Source: Candidatus Omnitrophota bacterium
Lineage (GTDB): Bacteria > Omnitrophota > Gorgyraeia > Gygaellales > Profunditerraquicolaceae
Direction of reading: 5' to 3'
Length of the DNA: 64,000 bases
NCBI GenBank assembly: GCA_017992455.1
Contig: JAGOOP010000001.1
Span: 59,723 to 123,722 of the forward strand
In this document: positions 8,215 through 17,277 of the stretch, in pieces
Layout of the letters: each line of letters starts with the position of its first letter
Position numbering within the stretch: position 1 is the first letter of the stretch
Notes under the pieces: generated by a model
What the model was told of the DNA's origin: nothing
The model's input: only the letters and a program-made list of their open reading frames with translations
The model's database searches: none
Program-made: the position numbers and the translations under genes

Positions 8215-11142
8215 TTACCATTGCAGCGGTTTCTGCCATGCGGCTTTCAGGCCGTCGACCGGCGCCTGCACGCACGGCGTGCCTGCACAGTCGAAAACGC
8301 GGAACTGCCCTGATTCGTTGATGCAGCCGGCCAGCCCCGCCGGCATCCCTTTACATACGCGCTCGAACGCCTTTTGATCCTTCGGGGCGACTTCGACGAT
8401 AAAACGGGAATGCGATTCGGAAAAGAGTATCGTATCGCTGCGCTCGGTCTCGGCCGGGACCTCTTTCAGGAAAAGGTCCATACCCAGGCCGCCCGCAAAT
8501 GCCATTTCGGCAGCGGCAACACCGATACCTCCTTCGGAACAATCATGCATGGCCCTCACGAGCCCCAGCGAAGACGCACGCGCAAGCGCATCGAAGACCG
8601 CCTTTGCCGTGCGGATATTCACGGCCGGGACATTATTACCGACAGCTTTACGCAGATCATAGAACGCCGAACCGCCGAGCTCATCACGGGTCATTCCGAC
8701 GACATACACCAGATCCCCCGCCTGTTTCGCGTACATGGATACCGTTTTTTTGACGTCTTCCATGACCGCAAGCGCGGAGATCAACAGGGTCCCCGGAATG
8801 GCAAGCGATCTGCCTCTCACCGCATATTCGTTGTAAAGGCTGTCTTTACCCGATATGAACGGAACGCCGAATCCTTTGGCTGCGTCATAACAACCGAGCG
8901 CGGCGCGCACGAGGGACCCGAGCCGGTCGGGCTTATCGGGATTGCCCCAGCAGAAATTATCGAGGATGGCGACCTGTTTAAGCGACCCCCCGACCGCAAT
9001 GATCTGCCGCAGCGCCTCATCGATACAGCCGGCTGCCATCCAGTACGGATCGATGAAACCGTACCTGAAATTGATGCCGTTGGCGACGATGATCCCGCGG
9101 TCCGAGCCAAGCAGCGGTTTGACGATCGCGGCATCCGACGGCCCGTCGTTGGCGAGCCCGGCAAGAGGTTTAAGGACCGATCCGCCCTGGACCTCATGAT
9201 CGTACTGGCGGACGATCCATTCCTTCGAACAGGTGTCGTAGCGCGAGAGCAATTTTAAGAGTACTTTGGTCAGGTCTGCCGCCGGTGCGGCCGCCGGCTC
9301 TTTGTGGCGCGGCTGGATGAAAACCGCTTTTTTCTCCGTTTTCGGCAGGCCGTCGTGCAAAAAATCCATGTCAAGGGAACACACCTTGTTCCCCTTATAG
9401 AATAATTCGAGTTTTCCCGTATCGGTGAACTCGCCGATAACCGTCGCTTCGACGCTTTCCCCGCGGCAGGTATCAAGAAGCGCCGGGACATTTTCCCGGG
9501 GAACGGACACGACCATGCGCTCCTGCGATTCGGATATCCATATCTCGGTATATGAAAGGCCCTTGTATTTCAAAGGCACCTTTTCCAGGTATACGCGGCA
9601 GCCCATGGCGGCGGCCATCTCGCCGACCGCGCTCGACAATCCTCCTGCGCCGCAATCCGTGATCGCGGTGTATAACCCGCGGTCGCGGGCCTGCAGTATG
9701 GCGTCGACCATTTTTTTCTCCTGGATCGGATTGCCGATCTGGACCGCGCCGCTTGAGACGACCTCCGATTCATGCGTCAGTTCGCCCGACGAGAACGTCG
9801 CTCCGTGTATGCCGTCCCTGCCGGTCCTTCCTCCGATGACGACGATCGCCTCGCCGGTGTGCGCCTGCTTCGCGCATTTGTCTTTCGGAAGGATCCCTGC
9901 GGTGCCGCAAAACACCAGCGGGTTGCCGACAAATGAATCGTGGAACAGCACTGCGCCGTTGACCGTCGGAATACCCATCTTATTGCCGTAATCCCGGACG
10001 CCGGATACAACGCCTTTCATCACGCGCTTGGGATGCAATGTCCCGGGGGGAAGACTGCCGAACGGGAAATCGGGCGGGGCAAAACAGAACACGTCCGTAT
10101 TGAGAATGGGCTTTGCGCCGAGCCCTGTTCCGAGCGGGTCGCGGATCACTCCGCCCACGCCGGTATTGGCTCCGCCGAACGGCTCGAGCGCGGACGGATG
10201 ATTATGCGTCTCGACCTTGAAGCACACATTATATTTGTCGTCGAACTTTATGATGCCGGAATTATCATGGAACACCGAAACGCACCACGGCTTGTTCAGC
10301 TCCCTGGTCGCCTTCATGATGGTGGACTTGAGCAGATTATCTATCTTGACGGAGCGAGACCTCGTTTTCGCGCGGCCGCGGCTGCCGCGGCCTTCCCTGA
10401 CGGTCTCTTTATACGCGATCCTGCCGCGGAACGTTTTATGGCCGCAATGCTCGGACCACGTCTGCGCAATGGTCTCCAGCTCGCAATCGGTCGGATTGCG
10501 CTTCAGCTTTTTGAAATACGCCTTGATGGCGTGCATTTCGGAGCTATTGAGGAACAGCTGGCCCTGGCGGCTGATCTCGATCAGCCTTGTATCGCCGGCC
10601 CTGAGCAGATCGATCGTCAGCAGCTGGAAATTATACAAAGCGTCTGCGACGGATATCCGCCCCGCGGCATCGGTCACGCCCGACGTCACCGGATGCTGGA
10701 TCAGCTTGTTATACAGCAGCTTCTCGCTGATGGTCTTTAACTGCGCTTCGGTGATCGCGCCCCTGATCAGGAACTTCCGGGCGGTCTTGACCGAATGCAC
10801 CGTGTTGATGCCCATATCCCTGATCGCCTTGAGCGTCGATTCCTCCACCGGGTCCATGACGCCCGGATTATAGGCGACCTCGACCATGAATTCGCCGGAA
10901 TCGGTCCGTCTGCGGCCCGACGAAAAAACGATCGCGTAATCCTGGGCCACCCGGTCGATCAAAAGCTCTTCGCATATCCGGCGGATCCCGTCCTCGAACA
11001 CGCTTCCTTCGATCATATAGACCTGGATGAACCGGACCTCTTTGACGGCGTTGATGCCGAGGTCTGAGATATCTTTGCGGATACCTTCGCCGACCGCGTC
11101 GAATATTCCCGGCTTATCCCTGACTTCTATCTTCCAGAACAT
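8215..11142 (-). CDS. purL: phosphoribosylformylglycinamidine synthase subunit PurL with two N-terminal PurS-like repeats (PurS-PurS-PurL fusion)
   Basis: 975 aa. Residues ~3-72 and ~84-152 each follow the PurS pattern (KPGIFDAVGEGI..LGI..V..VR / NPGVMDPVEEST..MGI..V). The PurL core starts near AQTWSEHCGHKTF (aa ~226). Confidence 0.9.
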   Translation of the reverse strand: MFWKIEVRDKPGIFDAVGEGIRKDISDLGINAVKEVRFIQVYMIEGSVFEDGIRRICEELLIDRVAQDYAIVFSSGRRRTDSGEFMVEVAYNPGVMDPVEESTLKAIRDMGINTVHSVKTARKFLIRGAITEAQLKTISEKLLYNKLIQHPVTSGVTDAAGRISVADALYNFQLLTIDLLRAGDTRLIEISRQGQLFLNSSEMHAIKAYFKKLKRNPTDCELETIAQTWSEHCGHKTFRGRIAYKETVREGRGSRGRAKTRSRSVKIDNLLKSTIMKATRELNKPWCVSVFHDNSGIIKFDDKYNVCFKVETHNHPSALEPFGGANTGVGGVIRDPLGTGLGAKPILNTDVFCFAPPDFPFGSLPPGTLHPKRVMKGVVSGVRDYGNKMGIPTVNGAVLFHDSFVGNPLVFCGTAGILPKDKCAKQAHTGEAIVVIGGRTGRDGIHGATFSSGELTHESEVVSSGAVQIGNPIQEKKMVDAILQARDRGLYTAITDCGAGGLSSAVGEMAAAMGCRVYLEKVPLKYKGLSYTEIWISESQERMVVSVPRENVPALLDTCRGESVEATVIGEFTDTGKLELFYKGNKVCSLDMDFLHDGLPKTEKKAVFIQPRHKEPAAAPAADLTKVLLKLLSRYDTCSKEWIVRQYDHEVQGGSVLKPLAGLANDGPSDAAIVKPLLGSDRGIIVANGINFRYGFIDPYWMAAGCIDEALRQIIAVGGSLKQVAILDNFCWGNPDKPDRLGSLVRAALGCYDAAKGFGVPFISGKDSLYNEYAVRGRSLAIPGTLLISALAVMEDVKKTVSMYAKQAGDLVYVVGMTRDELGGSAFYDLRKAVGNNVPAVNIRTAKAVFDALARASSLGLVRAMHDCSEGGIGVAAAEMAFAGGLGMDLFLKEVPAETERSDTILFSESHSRFIVEVAPKDQKAFERVCKGMPAGLAGCINESGQFRVFDCAGTPCVQAPVDGLKAAWQKPLQW

Positions 11143-11156
11143 GCACGCTCCCCTGC

Positions 11157-12449
11157 CTACATACCCAGCCGCTTATAGATCCTGTTCACGTTGCGCAGAT
11201 AATAGTCCAGGTCGAAGATCTTATCCATCTGCTTGTTTGACAGATACTTTTTCACCTGCGCTTCAGCGAGCAGGTTGGTCTTGAAATCAAGCCCTCCGCT
11301 CCAGGTCTTCATCGCGGCGCGCTGGACAATGTCATATGCCGCCATGCGTTCGAGCCCCTTGTCCATGAGCGCCAGCAATACGCGCTGGGAAAAGATAAGG
11401 CCTTTGGTCCTGACCAGGTTTTCGAGCATGTGGTCCGTGTGCACCTGGAAGCCGTTGATCACCTCGATGAACTTATTGATCATATAATCGAGGATGATCG
11501 TGGAATCGGGGATGATGATGCGCTCGACCGATGAATGGCTGATGTCGCGCTCGTGCCACAGGGCGACGTTCTCCAGGGACGCAGCCGCATTGGCGCGCAG
11601 CAGCCGCGCGAGCCCGCAGATACGCTCGCATATCACCGGGTTGCGTTTGTGGGGCATGGCAGAGGAACCCTTCTGGCCTTTGACGAACGGCTCTTCCGCT
11701 TCCAGGACCTCGGTGCGCTGCAAATGCCTCATCTCAAGGGCGAATTTGTCCAGGGAAGAAGCGATCACCGCCAGCGTGCACAGGTATTGCGCATAGATGT
11801 CGCGCTGGATGACCTGAGTGGCGATATTGACCGGGGTCAACCCAAGTTTCCTGCACACGTATTCCTCGACTGCCGGGTCGATGTTCGAATAAGTCCCCAC
11901 GGCGCCCGAGAGCTTGCCGCAGGAGATCTCTTTCTGCGCCGCCTTGATGCGCTTGATGTTCCGATTGACCTCATCGTACCATAAAGCGAGCTTCAGGCCG
12001 AACGTGGTCGGCTCTGCGTGCACCCCGTGCGTCCTGCCGATACAGACCGTGTTCCTGTATTTCTTCGCCCGGGCCTCAAGGAGCATGGAAAGCCGCTTCA
12101 GGTCATATATCAGCAGGTCCGACGCCTGCACGAGCTGCACGTCAAGCGTCGTATCAAGCAGGTCCGAGGACGTCAGCCCCATGTGCAGATACTGCGCGTC
12201 TTTGCCGATATATTCGGACACATTGGCCACGAACGCCACGATATCGTGCTGGGTGCGTTCTTCTATCTCTTTGATGCGCTCAACGCGGAAATCCGCTTTT
12301 GCCTTGATGCGCTTGACGGCGGCGGCAGGAATAAGCTTCAATCGCGCCTGCGCCTCGCATACCAAAAGCTCGATATCAAGCATGATCCTGAATTTATTCT
12401 GGTCCTGCCATATGGCCGACATTTGGGGAAGGCTGTATCGTTCTATCAT
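11157..12449 (-). CDS. purB: adenylosuccinate lyase
   Basis: 430 aa. Fumarate-lyase signature GSSAMPHKRNP. AAGGAGA RBS. Confidence 0.95.
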   Translation of the reverse strand: MIERYSLPQMSAIWQDQNKFRIMLDIELLVCEAQARLKLIPAAAVKRIKAKADFRVERIKEIEERTQHDIVAFVANVSEYIGKDAQYLHMGLTSSDLLDTTLDVQLVQASDLLIYDLKRLSMLLEARAKKYRNTVCIGRTHGVHAEPTTFGLKLALWYDEVNRNIKRIKAAQKEISCGKLSGAVGTYSNIDPAVEEYVCRKLGLTPVNIATQVIQRDIYAQYLCTLAVIASSLDKFALEMRHLQRTEVLEAEEPFVKGQKGSSAMPHKRNPVICERICGLARLLRANAAASLENVALWHERDISHSSVERIIIPDSTIILDYMINKFIEVINGFQVHTDHMLENLVRTKGLIFSQRVLLALMDKGLERMAAYDIVQRAAMKTWSGGLDFKTNLLAEAQVKKYLSNKQMDKIFDLDYYLRNVNRIYKRLGM

Positions 12450-12472
12450 GGCGCTCTCCTTTTGAAGCCCTT

Positions 12473-12501
12473 ATTATAACAAAATTCGGCAGCGGGCGCA
12501 A
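12473..12501 (-). promoter_or_regulatory. putative sigma70-type promoter of the pur operon
   Basis: Minus strand: TTGCGC (12501-12496), 17 nt, TATAAT (12478-12473), about 23 nt before the purB ATG. Confidence 0.5.
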
Positions 12502-12531
12502 ATGAAAAGCGACAGGGGAAAATAATAATAG

Positions 12532-12559
12532 TTGACAAAGCCGGGATTCGTGGTAAAAT
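12532..12559 (+). promoter_or_regulatory. putative sigma70-type promoter of cspA
   Basis: TTGACA (12532-12537), 16 nt, TGgTAAAAT (-10 at 12554-12559). Divergent from the purB promoter. Confidence 0.6.
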
Positions 12560-12606
12560 GCGACAAAGAAACGTAAGGAGCAAGAAACAGCGTGTATGTG
12601 TCAGAA

Positions 12607-12653
12607 CCGTAAAGCCGAGATCGATCGAACACAAAGCTTTACGGCTTTTTTTT
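12607..12653 (+). terminator. intrinsic terminator inside the cspA 5' leader (candidate attenuator, or the end of a ~85-nt sRNA)
   Basis: CCGTAAAGC (12607-12615) pairs with GCTTTACGG (12636-12644). A run of 8 T follows at 12646-12653. It lies 28 nt upstream of the cspA ATG. Confidence 0.6.
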
Positions 12654-12681
12654 ATCATCGAAGGGAGGTGAACAGTTACAC

Positions 12682-12885
12682 ATGGCTAAAGGCAAAGTGA
12701 AGTGGTTCAGCAATCAGAAGGGATACGGCTTCATCACCGGCGAGGACGGCAAGGACGTGTTCGTTCATTACAGCGCCGTGACCGGAGAAGGCTACAAGAC
12801 GCTCGAAGAAGGGCAGGAAGTCGAGTTTGAAGTCACACAAGGACCTAAAGGAGACCAGGCGACCAACGTACACAAGGCTGCGTAA
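12682..12885 (+). CDS. cspA: cold-shock protein (CSD family)
   Basis: 67 aa. [18 protein letters not shown] (RNP1) and VFVHYS (RNP2). GGGAGG RBS. Confidence 0.95.
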   Translation: MAKGKVKWFSNQKGYGFITGEDGKDVFVHYSAVTGEGYKTLEEGQEVEFEVTQGPKGDQATNVHKAA

Positions 12886-12907
12886 TCTCTTTATATAAAG
12901 CGCAAAA

Positions 12908-12943
12908 GCCGCTGTAATATATGATATTACAGCGGCTTTTTTT
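12908..12943. terminator. bidirectional intrinsic terminator
   Basis: 13-bp perfect stem GCCGCTGTAATAT/ATATTACAGCGGC with a 3-nt loop. Flanked by AAAA upstream and T7 downstream. It sits between two convergent genes. Confidence 0.8.
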
Positions 12944-12950
12944 ATTAACG

Positions 12951-13274
12951 TTATCTGATGGCCGAGATAGTGCCGGCGATGAATTTACGCTTGCGGTTGG
13001 GCCGGCGCACGGACGTATACTTCACAACCACTGCGGCCCCGGGGACGATCGTGCCTTCTATAACGGTATCCTTCTCGATAAAAAAACGGTACACGGACAC
13101 CCGCGAGCGTTTTTTCTGTTTGACAACGATATAGGACGGATGTACGCCTGTAACGCGGCCCGTAACGATGCGCTCATCCCGGGCATACGCATACCTGGCA
13201 GCGCCGGGATAGCTGACCGGAAGCAGCGATACGGCAATGGCAAGGATAACCGCATATCTCACACGTGCGTTCAT
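12951..13274 (-). CDS. small secreted hypothetical protein
   Basis: 107 aa. N-terminal signal-like segment (AVILAIAVSLLPVSYPGAA). No recognisable domain. Confidence 0.5.
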   Translation of the reverse strand: MNARVRYAVILAIAVSLLPVSYPGAARYAYARDERIVTGRVTGVHPSYIVVKQKKRSRVSVYRFFIEKDTVIEGTIVPGAAVVVKYTSVRRPNRKRKFIAGTISAIR

Positions 13275-13299
13275 ACGGGCCGCCGGAATGTATTATGAA

Positions 13300-13357
13300 C
13301 AAAAGGGACAGTTCCGCCATATTTTAGCGGAAACGCTAAAAACGGAGGACCTGTCCC
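13300..13357 (-). terminator. compound hairpin terminator downstream of tRNA-Phe
   Basis: Outer stem GGGACAG/CTGTCCC (13305-13311 / 13351-13357) encloses an inner 8-bp hairpin (13322-13341). A U-run follows on the minus strand (13304-13301). Confidence 0.55.
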
Positions 13358-13364
13358 CAATATG

Positions 13365-13436
13365 TGCCGAAGGAGGGAATCGAACCCCCTACGCCGGCCT
13401 TTTCAGGGCCGCGCTCTACCAATGAGCTACTTCGGC
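13365..13436 (-). tRNA. tRNA-Phe (GAA)
   Basis: Reverse complement is GCCGAAGTAGCTCATTGGTAGAGCGCGGCCCTGAAAAGGCCGGCGTAGGGGGTTCGATTCCCTCCTTCGGCA. Cloverleaf with anticodon loop CTGAAAA and a TTCGATT T-loop. CCA is not encoded. Confidence 0.9.
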
Positions 13437-13519
13437 ATGAATAAAAAACTGAAATCGAGACTCTATTATACTATAGCGCCCGTATAAAACAACAAAAAAT
13501 CTCACCTTTGTCAGACCCG

Positions 13520-15157
13520 CTATTGCGGGAACAGGCGTTTCATGATATGCCCGGCTATATTCTCCGCCAGCAGCATGTTCCCTTTATCGGTACAATGGCC
13601 GAAATCACCGCCAAACGAATCGATGAAATAATCAGCATATCGTTCCCGCAAAACCGCATCTTTGAATATTTTTTCATTGTCTACGAATATAATGCCGCCG
13701 CTGTCGTGACGGAATATCTGCTTCAAAAGAGCGATACTGCGCATCGGATATTGCACACAAACATACGGAATGCCTCTTTTGTCGAGGATGGCCTTCAGGG
13801 CGCGATAATTAGCCGCGGTCTGAGGGCAAAAATTGCCCGTTCTTAATTCGTCCAGAACCCTTTCATACTGTCCGGCGCGCTCAAAGTCGCCCCGATCAAA
13901 ATAAATGTTGCTTAAAGCAGCATACCCGCGGTCATCTCGCGGGAACAAAACGACGACTTTCTGAAAAACATCCAACGCGTCATCGATCCTGCCCAGGCGT
14001 TTATACATCAATCCCAGATCGAGATATGGCCGGATATTGAGCGGATTGCATTCTATAGCTTTTTTGAAACAAACTTCGGCCGCAGAAAAATCCCCCTGGT
14101 CGTGATAACTCAGCCCGAGGCCGGAATATGCCTCGTCAAGGCCGGGATCCAGGCCGAGCGCCAGCTTGAAGCAGCCCTCCGCTTCTCGAAACCTTTGCAT
14201 ATTCTGATAGCTCCATCCTAATCCGGTGAACGCCATGTGATTGACGGGATTGACAGAGAGGGCGTCCATAAAAAAATCTTCTGCTGCGGAAAAATCGCCG
14301 TTATGGAGCTGGATGATCCCCGATCCGACAAAAGCGTTGTCGTAATCGGGGACACGCGCGCGGGCATCCTGAAAACAACCCTCGGCTTCCGAAAACCGCC
14401 CCGTTGCGAAAAAACAATACCCTAATCCGACAAGGGCATCCGCACTGCGCGGGTTCGACTCAAACGCCTGTTTGAAAGATCCTTCTGCTTCGTTAAATTT
14501 CCGTTCATGAAGATACGCATTCCCTTCTTTAATATAATCATGCGGGTCGGCCGTGCCGTGCGCAGCGGGATGATCGAAAGCATACGCCGGCCCTGATCGG
14601 GTGTGCCGGAACGACATTCTCCGCGCCCTGTCCTGACCTCCCGGGACCTCTTTCAGTTTCGCCGTCATGTGCAGCCCAAGAAGCCGAAAGAGCTTATAGG
14701 TCCGCAGAGACGACATGAATCTCGGAACGGCGGGATCGAAAAGCGTCTTATGCGGCCCGGGCTCGCAGCCGTCATTGATGCCCATCATGGTAACGACCAG
14801 GTCGGGTTGATATGCATCGAGGTTTCGCTCGAGATTCTCAACGATGAATGTCGTCGTAATGCTCGAAACGCCTTTATCAATGACGCTGACCCGGATGCCT
14901 TGATCGTTCGTATTAAGGACAGCCTCGAGAAAGGCGGGATATTGCAGGGCCGTCGTGGACTCTCCCAGGCACAGGATGCGGTAACTGCCTTTTTTCGATA
15001 TCGAAGCCCGGTTCCGGCGTTCCTGCAGGGCCAGGAACACCGCCCCTCCTGCGCGCAAACCGGCCTCGAGGACGAGAATAAACAGCACCGCGCTCAAAAG
15101 GAAAAGACCTGCTTTTTGACCCGGCGAAATCGTTCCATGCGCGCCGCACTTCCTCAT
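13520..15157 (-). CDS. membrane-anchored SGNH/GDSL-like hydrolase interrupted by a TPR repeat array
   Basis: 545 aa. N-terminal TM segment. Block I LCLGESTT, block III MMGINDG, and block V DFGH near the C-terminus. About 300 aa of TPR-like repeats lie between blocks III and V. Confidence 0.7.
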   Translation of the reverse strand: MRKCGAHGTISPGQKAGLFLLSAVLFILVLEAGLRAGGAVFLALQERRNRASISKKGSYRILCLGESTTALQYPAFLEAVLNTNDQGIRVSVIDKGVSSITTTFIVENLERNLDAYQPDLVVTMMGINDGCEPGPHKTLFDPAVPRFMSSLRTYKLFRLLGLHMTAKLKEVPGGQDRARRMSFRHTRSGPAYAFDHPAAHGTADPHDYIKEGNAYLHERKFNEAEGSFKQAFESNPRSADALVGLGYCFFATGRFSEAEGCFQDARARVPDYDNAFVGSGIIQLHNGDFSAAEDFFMDALSVNPVNHMAFTGLGWSYQNMQRFREAEGCFKLALGLDPGLDEAYSGLGLSYHDQGDFSAAEVCFKKAIECNPLNIRPYLDLGLMYKRLGRIDDALDVFQKVVVLFPRDDRGYAALSNIYFDRGDFERAGQYERVLDELRTGNFCPQTAANYRALKAILDKRGIPYVCVQYPMRSIALLKQIFRHDSGGIIFVDNEKIFKDAVLRERYADYFIDSFGGDFGHCTDKGNMLLAENIAGHIMKRLFPQ

Positions 15158-15543
15158 CGCTTTGCTTCATCCATGATCTTCAGGAACAGATCCTGCGCGA
15201 GCGTCAGGTTCGGCAGTTTGAACTTCCTGGCCGCGACCCGCAACCGCGTTGTTTCGCTCGTCAGCTTGACCACGCGGATCCATACTTTGCTGGAATCCGC
15301 ATCGAGCTCGATCACTCCGGCTTTGTAATCTTCTTTGCTGATCGTGCCCCTGATCCGGGCGACCTCGCGCGCCGCATGCCAGATTGCTTCATACGACATG
15401 ACGCTCTCTCCCTGGATCGCATCGCTGCTGGCCGCATACATGCCGACCCCGCCCGCAGCCACGCCGATGAGCAATGCGGCACAACCGGAACTGACCAGAG
15501 CAACGGCCCCGCAAGCGAGAAAAAGAAAAGTTTTGCGCATCAT
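15154..15543 (-). CDS. lipoprotein, DUF3568-like
   Basis: Start trimmed to MMRKTFLFLACGAVALVSSGC (lipobox) with an AAGGAG RBS. The track ORF (to 15693) is over-extended. 4-nt overlap with the downstream gene start. Confidence 0.65.
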   Translation of the reverse strand: MMRKTFLFLACGAVALVSSGCAALLIGVAAGGVGMYAASSDAIQGESVMSYEAIWHAAREVARIRGTISKEDYKAGVIELDADSSKVWIRVVKLTSETTRLRVAARKFKLPNLTLAQDLFLKIMDEAKR

Positions 15544-15640
15544 GTAAACTCCTTTTTTGCAATGATCCTTTTGAAACAAAACAGGGTGATCGACAGGATG
15601 ATGCCCCACGCCAGCGCCATAAGCATCCAACCGTCGATCC

Positions 15641-17203
15641 TCATATACCCTGCACTCCCTTCCGCCTCTTACGTTGCCACGAGACCTTGACAAGAACGGC
15701 CAGGAACAGGAAAAGGAACAAAAGCCCCAATCGAGTGGCCAGAATATACGGCCTGTTCGCAGCGGAGACGGCGGCCATTGAAAGTATAGGCCGCCACTCC
15801 TGCCAGAACCACGCGCCGAGGATCACGAGCAAAAAAAACGGGGTTATATACTTGATGATGAACTTATACGCCGACGGAATGCGCATATCGGCGCCTTTAT
15901 GTATCTCATCCCATGCGTTCTCCATGCCGAAGACCCAGACGAACAACAGCACCTCGATGGTCGCGAATACGACGATGAGGAACGTCCCGCCCCAGAAATC
16001 AAGCTCATCCACGACGCCGTTGCGCAGAAAGAACACCGCGGGCTGGCACAGGACGAACGTGACGGCCGCGAATATCGTAACGGCTTTTTTGCGGCCGATA
16101 TCGAATTCGTCCTGCAGGAACGCGAGTGCCGGCTGTGCAAGGGAAACCGACGAGGTAACGCCTGCCAGAAACAGCAAAAAGAACCAGATGAACGAAAACA
16201 GTCCAGCCCACGGCACGTGATTGAGCACCAGCGGCATGGTGACAAAGCCGAGGTTGAACGTACCGGAATCGACAATGCTCTTCATCTGGACCGGTCCGAA
16301 AAATACGAACGCGGCAGGTATGATAATGCTGCCGCCGAGGATGACCTCGGCGACCTCGTTCATGCTCGCGGCGGTCAGCCCTGACAGGACAACATCATCG
16401 CCTTTTGACAGATAGCTGGCATAGGTCAGGATCATTCCGATGCCGACGCTCAAGGTGAAGAATATCTGTCCGGCTGCCTCCAGCCAGACCTTTGCCTCTT
16501 TTAACCGCGAGAAATCCGGGTTCCATAAAAAACCGAACCCGTTGGAGATATTCCATGCGGGCTGCGCCGGATCGGGAGTTCCGAGGGTAATGACGCGGAT
16601 GAACAGGATGATGCCGCACACGAACAGCGCCGGCATGGCCCATCGGCACATCTTCTCGATCCCGCCTTTGATGCCGCGGTAAATGACCGCGATGTTCAGG
16701 ACGAACGTGATGAGAAAGAACGTGTACGCATATCCCAGTCCCTGGAAATACTCATTGCTCTTGAGCCCCTGGTATCCGCTCAAAAACCCCTGCATGCCGG
16801 ACTGGTCGAAGATGCGTGTAAATTTCCCCGCGAGCGAAAAAAAACTGTAGCCGAGCGTCCAGGAAGCGATATAGGTATAATAGATGAAGATGACCAGCGG
16901 CCCGAAAATGCCGATCACGCCGAAATACTTGATGAACCGGTTCTTGCGCCAGACCCGGTGGAATATGCCGGGTGCCGTGCCATGGCCGAATCCGCCGCCG
17001 TACCTGCCGAGGGTCCACTCGATCCACATGAGCGGCAGCCCCATGAGCACAAGCGCGGCAAGATACGGGATCATGAACGCCCCGCCGCCGTTCGCCGCCG
17101 CTTTTGCCGGAAACCGCAAAAAATTCCCCAGCCCCACGGCAGAACCGGCCACTGCCATGATAATGCCGAGCCGGGAACCCCATGTCTCTCTTTTGAGCGC
17201 CAT
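15641..17203 (-). CDS. sodium-dependent transporter, NSS/SNF family
   Basis: 520 aa, multi-TM. N-terminal WGSRLGIIMAVAGSAVGLGNFLRFP signature. Confidence 0.9.
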   Translation of the reverse strand: MALKRETWGSRLGIIMAVAGSAVGLGNFLRFPAKAAANGGGAFMIPYLAALVLMGLPLMWIEWTLGRYGGGFGHGTAPGIFHRVWRKNRFIKYFGVIGIFGPLVIFIYYTYIASWTLGYSFFSLAGKFTRIFDQSGMQGFLSGYQGLKSNEYFQGLGYAYTFFLITFVLNIAVIYRGIKGGIEKMCRWAMPALFVCGIILFIRVITLGTPDPAQPAWNISNGFGFLWNPDFSRLKEAKVWLEAAGQIFFTLSVGIGMILTYASYLSKGDDVVLSGLTAASMNEVAEVILGGSIIIPAAFVFFGPVQMKSIVDSGTFNLGFVTMPLVLNHVPWAGLFSFIWFFLLFLAGVTSSVSLAQPALAFLQDEFDIGRKKAVTIFAAVTFVLCQPAVFFLRNGVVDELDFWGGTFLIVVFATIEVLLFVWVFGMENAWDEIHKGADMRIPSAYKFIIKYITPFFLLVILGAWFWQEWRPILSMAAVSAANRPYILATRLGLLFLFLFLAVLVKVSWQRKRRKGVQGI

Positions 17204-17229
17204 AAACCACCGCGTATGAGATTATCTTT

Positions 17230-17258
17230 ATTATATCGGCGGGCACGCCGGTTTTCAA
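17230..17258 (-). promoter_or_regulatory. sigma70-type promoter of the NSS transporter gene
   Basis: Minus strand: TTGAAA (17258-17253), 17 nt, TATAAT (17235-17230). About 25-nt leader containing GGTGG. Confidence 0.65.
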
Positions 17259-17277
17259 GTATTTAATGAAGCGCCGG

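Noticed and set aside
12446-12658. A 70-aa minus-strand ORF in the purB-cspA intergenic region.
   Set aside because: It spans two divergent promoters and the cspA leader terminator. It has no RBS, and its composition is dictated by the AT-rich regulatory DNA.
12596-12699. A 34-codon ATG-initiated ORF running through the cspA leader terminator and over the cspA start.
   Set aside because: The SD-like AAGGAG is 15 nt away, which is too far. The ORF is out of frame with cspA, and its sequence is dictated by the U-tract. Only the 6-codon GTG mini-ORF is mentioned, and only as speculation.
13237-13425. A 62-aa + strand ORF.
   Set aside because: It overlaps the tRNA-Phe gene and its terminator, so it is an artefact.
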